From assembly GCF_009914755.1 (NCBI RefSeq), contig NC_060938.1: DNA of 64,000 nt; one strand, 5' to 3'. This document shows positions 54,501-64,000 of this stretch, one piece after another. The position numbers were made by a program, and so were the translations under genes. The stretch comes from the human T2T-CHM13v2.0 reference genome, Homo sapiens. Below the pieces are notes generated by a model, which made no database searches, was not told the DNA's origin, and saw nothing but the letters and a program-made list of their open reading frames with translations. The first letter of the stretch is position 1, and every line of letters starts with the position of its first letter.

Positions 54501-57500
54501 TGAGTTCACACATCAAAACAAGTTTATGAGAATGCTTCTGTCTAGTTTTTATTTGAAGATATTTCCTTTCTCACCATAGACCTGAAAGCTCTCGTCCCGT
54601 TCACTTCCAGGTACTAGAGAAAGAGTGTTTCAAACCTGCTGTACGAAAGGGAATGTTCAACACTTTGACTTGAATGCACACATCACAAAGATGTTTCTGA
54701 GAATGCTGCTGTCTACTTTTTATACGTAATCCCGTTTCCAACGAAATCCTCCAAGCTATCCAAATATCCACTTGCAGATTCCACAAAAAGACTGTTTCAA
54801 AACTGCTCTGTCAATAGAAAGGTTCAACTCTGTTAGCTGCGTGCATACATCCCAAAGAAGATTCTGAGATTGCTTCTGTCTAGTTTTTATGGGAAGATAT
54901 TTCATATTTCCTTTTTCACCGTAGGCGTCAAGGCGCTCCAAATGTCCACTTCCAAATACTACAAAAAGAGTGTTTCAAAAATACTCTGTGAAAGGGAATA
55001 TTCAACCCTGTGACTTGAATGCAGGTATCACAAAAAGTTTCTGAGAATGCTTCAGTGGAGATTTTATATGAAGACATTCCCATTTCCAACGAAATCCTGA
55101 AATCTATCAAAATACCCCCTCGCATATTCTACAAAAATAGTGTTTCAAAAAAGCTCTGTAAAAAGAAAGGTTCAACTCTGTTAGTTGAGTGCACACATCA
55201 CCAACAAGTTTCACAGAATGCTTCTTTCTAGCTTGTAGGGGAAGATATTTCCTTTATCACCATGGGCCTCATCCCGCCCGAAATTTCCACTTCCATATAC
55301 TACAAAAAGAGCGTTTCAAACCTGCTCTATGAAAGGCAATGTTGAACTCTGTGACTTGAATGCAGACATCACAGAGCAGTTTCTGAGCATGCTTTTGTTT
55401 AGATTTTATAGAAAGATATTCCCTTTTCCAACGAATTCTTCACAGATATCCAAATATCTACTTGCAGATTCTCCAAGAAGAGTGTATCAAAACTGCTCTG
55501 TCAAAAGGAAGGTTCTTCTCTGTTAGTTGAGTACATACGTCATAAAGAAGTTTCTGAGAATGTTTCTGTCTAGTGGTTATGGGAAGATATTTGCTTTTTC
55601 ACCGTAGGCCTCAAAGTGCTCCAAATGTCCACTTGCACATACTACAAAATGAGTGCTTCAAAGCTGCTCTCTGAAAGGGAATGTTCAACTCTATGAGTTG
55701 AATGCAAACATCACAAAGACGTTTCTGAGAATGCTTCTGTCTAGATTTGATATGAAGATATTCCCGTTTCCAAAGAAATCTTCCAATCTATCCAAATGTC
55801 CACTTGCAGATTCAACAAAAAGTGTTTTTCAAAACTGCTGTATCGAAAGAAAGATCCACCTCTGTTAGTTGAGTTCACACATCACAAACAAGTTTTTAAA
55901 AATGCTTCCTGTCTAGTTTTTATTTTTAGATATTTCCTTTCTCACCGCAGACCTGAAAGCTCTCCTAATGTTCACTTCTAGATACTACAGAAAGAGTGTT
56001 TGAAACCTGCTGTATGAAAGGGAATGTTGAACTCTGTGACATGAATGCACACATCACAACGAAGTTTCTGAGAATGCTGCTGTCTACTTTTTATACGTAA
56101 TCCCGTTTCCAACGAAATCCTCCAAGCTATCCAAATATCCACTTGCAGATTCCACAAAAAGACTGTTTCAAAACTGCTCTGTCAATAGAAAGGTTCAACT
56201 CTGTTAGCTGCGTGCATACATCCCAAAGAAGATTCTGAGATTGCTTCTGTCTAGTTTTTATGGGAAGATATTTCCCTTTTCACCATAGGCGTCAAGGTGC
56301 TCCAAATGTCCACTTCCAGATACTACAAGAAGAGTGTTTCAAACCTACTCTGTGAAAGGGAATATTCAACTCTGTGACTTGAATGCAGGTATCACAAAGA
56401 AGTTTCTGAGAATGCTTGTGTCGAGATTTTATATGAAGTTTTTCCAATTTCCAACGAAATCCTGAAATGTATCCAAATATTCCCTCGCAGATTGTACAAA
56501 AAGAGTGTTTCAAAACTGCTCTGTAAAAAGAAAGGTTCAACTCTGTTAGTTGAGTACACCCATCACAAACAAGTTTCACAGAATGCTTCTTTCTAGCTTG
56601 TAGGGGAAGATATTTCCTTTATCAGCATGGGCCCTAAACCGTCCGAAACGTCCACTTCCACATACTACAAAAAGAGCGTATCATACCTGCTCTATGAAAG
56701 GCAACGTTGAACTCTGTGACTTGAATGCAGACATCACAGAGCAGTTTCTGACAATGCTTCTGTCTAGACTTTATAGGAAGGTATTCCCGTTTCCAACGAA
56801 ATCTTCACAGCTATCCAAATATCCACTTGCAGATTCTCCAATGGAGTGTATCAAAACTGCTCTGTCAAAAGGAAGGTTCTTCTGTTTTAGTTGAGTACTT
56901 ACGTCATAAAGAAGTTTCTGAGAATGTTTCTGTCTAGTGGTTATGGGAAGATATTTGCTTTTTCACCGTAGGCCTCAAAGCGCTCCAAATCTCCACTTGC
57001 ACATACTACAAAAAGAGTGCTTCAAAGCTGCTCTCTGAAAGGGAATGTTCAACTCTATGAGTTGAATGCAAATATCACAAAGACGTTTCTGAGAATGCTT
57101 CTGTCTAGATTTTACATGAAGATATTCCCGTTTCCAACGAAATCTTCAAATCTATCCACATGTCCACATGCAGGTTCAACAAAAAGTGTTTTTCAAAACT
57201 GATGTATGAAAAGAAAGATCCACCTAAGTTAGTTGAGTTCACACATCACAAACAAGTTTATGAGAATGCTTCTGTCTAGTTTTTATTTGAAGATATTTCC
57301 TTTCTCACCATGGACCTGAAAGCTCTCGTAACGTTCACTTCCAGATACTAGAGAAAGAGTGTTTCAAACCTGCTCTACGAAAGGGAATGTTGAACTCTGT
57401 GACTTGAATGCACACATCTCAAAGGAGTTTCTGAGAATACTGCTGTCTAATTTTTATACGTAATCCCGTTTCCAACGAAATCCTCCAAGCTATCCAAATA

Positions 57501-60500
57501 TCCACTTGCAGATTCCACAAAAGAGTGTTTCAAAGCTGCTCTGTCAATAGAAATGTTCAGCTCTGTTAGCTGCGTGCATACATCCCAAAGAAGATTCTGA
57601 GATTGCTGCTGTCTAATTTTTATGGGAACATATTTCCTTTTTCACCGTAGGCGTCAAGGCGCTCCAAATGTCCACTTCCAGATACTACAAAAAGAGTGTT
57701 TCAAACCTACTCTTTGAAAGGGAATATTCAACTCTTTGATTTGAATGTAGGTATCACAAAAAGTTTCTAAGAATGCTTCTGTTGAGATTTTATATGAAGA
57801 TATTCCCGTTTCCAACGAAATCCTGAAATCTATCCAAATACCCCCTCGCAGATTCTACAAAAAGAGTGTTTCAAAACTGCTCTGTAAAAAGAAAGGTTCA
57901 ACTCTGTTAGTTGAGTACACACATCACAAACAAGTTTCACAGAATGCTTCTTTCTATCTTGTAGGGAAATATATTTCCTTTATCACCATGGGCCTCAAAC
58001 CGTCCGAAACGTCCACATCCACATACTACAAAAAGAGCGTATCATACCTGCTCTATGAAAGGCAATGTTGAACTCTGTGACTTGAATGCAGACATCACAG
58101 AGCAGTTTCTGAGAATGCTTCTGTCTAGATTTTATAGGAAGGTATTCCCGTTTCCAACGAATTCTTCACAGCTATCCAAATATCCACTTGCAGATTCTCC
58201 AATGGAGTGTATCAAAACTGCTCTCTCAAAAGGAAGGTTCTTCTGTTTTAGTTGAGTACATACGTGATAAAGAAGTTTCTGAGAATGTTTCTGTCTAGTG
58301 GTTATGGGAAGATATTTCCTTTTTCACCGTAGGCCTCAAAGCGCTCCAAATCTCCACTTGCACATACTACAAAAAGAGTGCTTCAAAGCTGCTCTCTGAA
58401 AGGGAATGTTCAACTGTATGAGTTGAATGCAAACATCACAAAGACGTTTCTGAGAATGCTTCTGTCTAGTTTTGATATGAAGATATTCCCGTTTCCAACG
58501 AAATCTTCAAATCTATCCAAATGTCCACTTGCAGATTCAACAAAAAGTGTTTTTCAAAACTGCTATATGAAAAGAAAGATCCACCTCTGTTAGTTGAGTT
58601 CACACATCACAAACAAGTTTATGAGAATGCTTCTGTCTAGTTTTTATTTGAAGATATTTTCTTTCTCACCATAGACCTGAAAGCTCTCGTAACGTTCACT
58701 TCCAGATACTAGAGAAAGAGTGTTTCAAACCTGCTCTACGAAAGGGAATGTTGAACTCTGTGACTTGAATGCACACATCACAACGAAGTTTCTGAGAATG
58801 CTGCTGTCTACTTTTTATACGTAATCCCGTTTCCAACGAAATCCTCCAAGCTATCCAAATATCCACTTGCAGATTCCACAAAAAGAGTGTTTCAAAACCG
58901 CTCTGTCAATACAAAGGTTCAACTCTGTTAGCTGCGTGCATACATCCCAAAGAACATTCTGAGGTTGCTTCTGACTAGTTTTTATTGGAAGATATTTCCT
59001 TTTTCACCATAGGCATCAAAGCGCTCCAAATTTCCACTTCCAGATACTAAAAAAAAAGAGTGTTTCAAACCTACTGTGTGGAAGGGAATATTTAACTCGG
59101 TGACTTCAATGCACATATCACAGAGAAGTTTCTGAGAATGCTTCTGTCGAGATTTTTTATGAAGATATTCCCGTTTACAACGAAATTCTGTAATCTATCC
59201 AAATATCCCCTCGCAGATTCTAGAAAAAGAGTGTTTCAAAACTGCTCTGTAAAAAGAAAGTTTCACTTCTCTTAGTTGAGTACACACATCACAAACAAGT
59301 TTCTCAGAATGCTTCTTCTTAGCTTGTGGGGGAAGATATTTCCTTTATCACCATGGGTCTCAAACCGTTCGAAACGTCCACTTCCACATGTAACAAAAAG
59401 AGCATTTCAAACCTGCTCCATGAAAGGGAATGTTCAACTCTGTGACTTGAATGCAGATATCACAAAGCAGTTTCTGAGGATGCTGCTGTCTAGATTTTAT
59501 AGGAAGAAATTCCCGTTTCCAACGAAATCTTCACAGCTATCCAAATATAGACTTGCAGATTCTACAAAAAGATTGTATCAAAATTGCTGTGTGAAAAGGA
59601 AGGTTCAAATCTGTTAGTTGAGTACGTACGTCACAAAGAAGTTTCTGAGAATGTTTCTGTCTAGTGTTTATGGGAAGATATTTGCTTTTTCACCATAGGC
59701 CTCATAGCGCTCCAAATGTCCACTTCCACATACTACAAAAAGAGTTCTTCAAAGCTGCTCTCTTAAAGGGAGTGTTCACCTCTATGAGTTGAATGCAAAC
59801 ATCACAAAGACGTATCTGAGAACGCTTCTGTCTAGATTTTATATGAAGATATTCCCGTTTCCAAAGAAATCTTCAAATCTATCGAAATATCCACTTGGAG
59901 ATTCTACAAAAAGTGTTTTTCAAAACTGCTGTATCAAAAGAAAGATCCACCTTTGTTTGTTGAGTTCACACAACACAAACAAGTTTATGAGAATGCTTCT
60001 GTCTTGTTTTTATTTGAAGATATTTCCTTTCTCACCATAGTCCTGAAAGCTCTCGAAATGTTCACTTCCAGGTACTACAAAAAGAGTGTTTCAAACTTTC
60101 TATGTGAAAGGGAATATTGAACTCTGTGACTTCAATGCAGATATCACAAAATCTTTCTGAGAATTCTGCTGTCTACTTTTTATATGTAATCCCGTTTCCA
60201 ATGAAATCCTCCAAGCTATCCAAATATCCACTTGCAGATTCCACAAAAAGACTGTTTCAAAACTGCTCTGTCAATAGAAAGGTTCAACTCTGTTAGCTGC
60301 ATGCATACATCCCAAAGAAGATTGTGAGATTGCCTCTGTGTAGTTTTTATGGGAAGATATTTCCTTTTTCACCATAGACGTCAAAGCGCTCCCAATGTCC
60401 ACTTCCAGATACTACAAAAAGATTGTTTCAAACCTGCTATGTGAAAGGGAATATTCAACTCTGTAACTTCAATGCATATATCACAAAGAGGTTTCGGAGA

Positions 60501-60620
60501 ATGCTTCGGTCTAGATTTTATATTAAGACATCCCCGTTTCCGACGAAATCTTTAAATCTATCCAAATATCCACTTGCAGGTTCTACAAAAAGAGTTTTTC
60601 AAAACTGTTCTGTAAAAGAA
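54380..60620 (-). repeat. Layer 3: divergent copies of the same 8-mer HOR (dHOR), ~4.5 units
   Basis: Monomer order is still recognisable (registers 55653, 57017, 58378, ~59741; the short-monomer signature tata(c/t)gtaatcccg persists to 60181). There are many more substitutions and indels, and layer-specific variants (gtgcatacatcc, aagctctcgt, tactagagaaag, gcaggtatcac). Confidence 0.88.
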
Positions 60621-60639
60621 AGGTTCAACTCCATTAGTT

Positions 60640-63600
60640 GAGTACACACATCACAAAGAAGTTCCTGAGAATGCTTCTGTCTACTTTTTATATGAAGTTA
60701 TTCCCGTTTCCCACGAAATCCTCAAAGCTATCTGAATTTCCACTTGCAGATTCCACAAAAAGAGTGTTTCGAAACTGCTCTATCAATACAAAGGTTTAAC
60801 TGTGTTAGTTGCATACATATATCACAAACAAGATTGTGAGTATGCTTCTGTCTACTTTTTACGGGAAGATATTTCCTGTTTCACCATAGGCGTCCAAGCG
60901 CTCCAAATGTCCAATTCCAGATACTACAAAAAGAGTGTTTCAGTGCTGCTCTGTGAAAGGGAATGGACAACTCTATGACTTGATTGCAGAGATCACAAAG
61001 CAGTTTCTGAGAATGCTTCTGTCTAGATTTTATATGATGATATTCCCGTTTCTCATGAAATCCTCAAAACTATCCAAATATCCACTTGCAGATCCTATAA
61101 AAAGAGTGTTTCAATACTGTTCTGCAAAAAGAAATGTTCTACTCTGTTAGTTGAGTATACACATCACAAACAAGTCTCTGAGAATGCTTCTGTGTTGTAG
61201 TTTTTATGGGAAGGTATTTCCTTTCTCACCGTTGGTGTCAACGCGCTCAAAATGTCTATTTGCAGATACTATAAAAAGAGTGTTTCAAATCTGCTCCTTG
61301 AAAGGGAATGTTCAACTCTCTGACATGAATGCAGATATCACAAAGCAGTTGCTGAGAATGCATCTGTCTTGATTTTATAGGAAGATATTCACGTTTCCAA
61401 TGAAATCCTCAAAGCTCTCAAAATATCCACTTGCAGATTCTGTAAAAAGAGTGTTTCAAAACTGCTCTGTGAAAAGGAAGGATCAACCCTGTTAGTTGAG
61501 TACCACATCACAAAAAAGTTTCTGAGAATGCTTCTGTCTAGTTTTTATGGGAAGATATTTCCTTTTTCACCATAGGCTTCAAAGCGCTCGAAATGTCCAC
61601 TTCCAGATACTACAAAAAGAGTGTTTCAAACCTGCTCTAAAAAAGGGAATGTTCAACTCTGTGACTTGAATGGAGACATCACAAAGCAGTTCCTGATAAT
61701 GCTTCTGTCTAGACTTTTATGAAGATATTCTCCTTTCCAACGAAATCCTCAAAGCTATCCAAATATCCACTTGCAGTTCCTACAAAAAGAGTGTTTCCAA
61801 AATGCTATATCAAAACAAAGTGTCAACCCAGTTAGTTGAGGACACACATCATAAATAAGTTTCTGAGAATGCTTCTGTCTAGTTTTTATTGGAAGATATT
61901 TCCTTTTTCACCACTGGCTTGAAAGCGCTCGAAATGTCCACTTCCAGATTCTATAGAAAGGGTGTTTCAAAGCTGCTCTCTGAAATGGAATGTTCAACTC
62001 TGTGACTTGAATGCAAACATCACAAAGAAGTCTCTGAGAATGCTTCTGTCTAGATTTTTTATGAAGAGGTACCCGTTTCCAACGAAATCCTCAAATCTAT
62101 CCAAATATCCACTTGCAGATTCTCCAAAAAGAGTGTTTCAAAACTGCTCTATCAAAAGAAAAGTTCAACTCTTTTAGTTGATTACACACATCACAAAAAA
62201 GCTTCTGAGAATGAGTCTGTCTGGTTTTTATGGGAAGATATTTCCTTTTTCACCATAGGCCTCCAATGGCTGTAAATGTCCACTTCCAGATACTACAAAA
62301 AGAGTGTTTCAAACCTGCTCTATGACAGGGAATGTTCACGTCTTTGACTTGAATGCAAACATCACAAAGATGTTACTGAGAATGCTTCTGTCTAGATTTT
62401 ATATGAAGAAATTCCCGTTTCCAATGAAATCCAATAAGCTATCCAAATATCCACTTGTTGATTCTCCAAAAAGAGTGTTTCAAAACTGCTCTATCAAAAG
62501 AAAGGTTCAACTCTGTTTGTTGAGTACACACATCAAAAACAAGTTTCTGACAAAGTTTCTGTCTAGTTTTCATGGGATGATATTTCCTTTTTCACCGTAA
62601 GCCTCCAAGCTCTCCAAATGTCCACTTCCACATACTACAAAAAGAATGTTTCAAACCTGCTCTATGAAAGGGAATGTTCAACTCTTTGACTTGAATGGAA
62701 ACATCGCAAAGAAGTTTCTGGGAATGCTTCTTTCTAGCTTTTACATGAAGACATTCCCTTTTTAGACGAAATCCTCAAAACTGTCCAAATATCCTCTTGC
62801 AGATTCAATAAAAAGTGTGTTTCAAAACTGCTCTATCAAAAGTTTCAACTCTGTTAGTTGAGTGCACACATCACAAAGAAGTTTCTGAGAATCCTTCTGT
62901 CTAGTTTTTATTTTAAGATATTTACTTTTTTACGTTAGGCTTCCAAGCCCACAAAATGTCCACTTCCAGATACTACAAAAAGAGTGTTTCAAACCTGCTC
63001 TATGAAAGCAAATGTTCAACTGTGTTACTTGATTCCAAACATCACAAAGAGGTTTCTGAGAATGCTTCTGTCTAGATTTTATATGAAGAGATTCCCATTT
63101 CCAATGAAATCTTCAAATCTATCCAAATATCCACTTGCAGATTCTCCAAAAAGAGTGTTTCAAAACTGCTCTATCAAAAGAAAGGTTCAACTCTGTTAGT
63201 TGAGTACACATATTACAAAGAAGTTCCTGAAAATGCTTCTGCCTAGTTTTTATGGGCAGATATTTCCTTTTTCAGCATACGCCCCCAAGCACTCAAAATG
63301 TCCACTTCCAGATACTACAAAAAGTGTGTTTCAAACCTGCCCTATGAAAGGGAATGTTGAGTTCTGTGACTTGAATGCAAACGTCACAACAATGTTATTG
63401 AGAATGCTTCTGTCTAGATTTTATATGATGATATTCCCGTTTCCAACGAAATCCTCAAAGCTATCCAAATATCCACTTGTGGATGCCCCAAAAAGAGTAT
63501 TTCAAAGCTACTCTATCAAAAGAAAGGTTTAACTCTGTTAGTTGAGTACACACATCACAAACATGTTTCTAACAATGCTTCTGTCTAGTTTTTATGGGAA

Positions 63601-64000
63601 GATATTTCCTTTTTCACCATAGGCCTCCAAGCGCTCCAAATGTCCACTTCCACATACTACAAAAAGAGTGTTTCAAACCTGCTCTATGAAAGGGAATGTT
63701 CAACTCTGTGACTTGAATGGAAACATCACAAAGAAGTTTCTGAGAATGTTTTGGTCTAGCTTCTGTATGAAAATATTCCTGTTTCCAAAGAAATCCTCAA
63801 ATCTATCCAAATATCCTCTTGCAGATTCTACAAAATGCGTGTTTCAATACTGCTCTATCGAAAGAAAATTTCATCTCTGTTAGTTGAGTGAACACATCAC
63901 AAAGATTTTTCTGAGAATGCTTCTGTCTTGTTTTTATTGGAAGATAATTGCTTTTTTACCATCGGCTTCCAAGCCCTCCAAATGTCCACTTCCAGATACT
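60640..64000 (-). repeat. Layer 4: divergent alpha-satellite without 8-mer periodicity; A/B alternating (older SF2-ancestral or SF5 R1/R2-like flank)
   Basis: HOR-specific monomer signatures are lost. B-type box remnants lie at ~60702, 61044, 61388, 61728, 62071, 62413, 62754, 63093, 63434 and 63777, alternating with pJalpha-type tttcctttttcacc(a/g)tag monomers. The SF label is an inference. Confidence 0.8.

Larger units (their letters stand above)
1..64000 (-). repeat. Alpha-satellite (alphoid) centromeric tandem array, ~171-bp monomers, single orientation
   Basis: Recurrent alphoid motifs (gtttctgagaatgcttctgtctag, ttcaactctgtgacttgaatgc, tatccaaatatccacttgcagattc) occur every ~171 bp from start to end. 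The reverse complement reads as the canonical alphoid consensus with TTCGTTGGAAACGGGA boxes. Confidence 0.99.

Noticed and set aside
661-63883. Over 100 short ORFs (61-113 aa) in recurring classes
   Set aside because: They are translations of alphoid monomers that recur with the HOR period. Many start at GTG/TTG, are freely broken by SNVs and indels, and show no recognisable domain. They were used only as register markers.
1-64000. CRISPR-like pattern (conserved motif plus variable spacer)
   Set aside because: The intervening sequences are homologous ~171-bp monomers that repeat every 1364 bp rather than unique spacers. There are no cas genes, and this is eukaryotic satellite DNA.
1-64000. 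L1/Alu/SVA insertion or inversion within the array
   Set aside because: I saw no non-alphoid sequence, long poly(A) tail or target-site duplication. All CENP-B boxes lie on the same strand, and register arithmetic leaves no unexplained gap.
1-64000. A previously undescribed gene-based biological system
   Set aside because: Nothing in the sequence supports one. All observed structure is explained by alpha-satellite HOR organisation and its duplication and recombination history.

Overview
The whole 64-kb window is primate (almost certainly human) centromeric alpha-satellite: about 375 head-to-tail ~171-bp monomers in one orientation, with the conventional consensus and CENP-B box reading on the minus strand. 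I found no genes, transposon insertions, inversions or CRISPR arrays; all listed ORFs are artefacts of the repeat. The array is an 8-monomer higher-order repeat (HOR) of 1364 bp (342+342+342+338) with a CENP-B box in every second monomer (dimeric A/B pattern). Size and sequence best match the SF2 chr14/chr22 live HOR (D14Z9/D22Z1, S2C14/22H1L); this is recognition from memory, not an alignment. The window captures an array edge in four layers: (1) ~1-25.3 kb, homogeneous HORs with no net indels; (2) ~25.3-54.35 kb, mosaic HORs with a second haplotype, 6-mer deletion variants and nested multi-HOR duplications (6811-bp, 10558/17369-bp and 3741-bp offsets); (3) ~54.4-60.6 kb, divergent HORs; (4) ~60.6-64 kb, divergent A/B dimeric monomers with mostly decayed CENP-B boxes. 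I see no evidence for a new protein-coding or RNA system. The interesting content is the readable record of satellite amplification and recombination. Comparisons were made by eye using diagnostic variants and ORF-track offsets, so boundaries are approximate.
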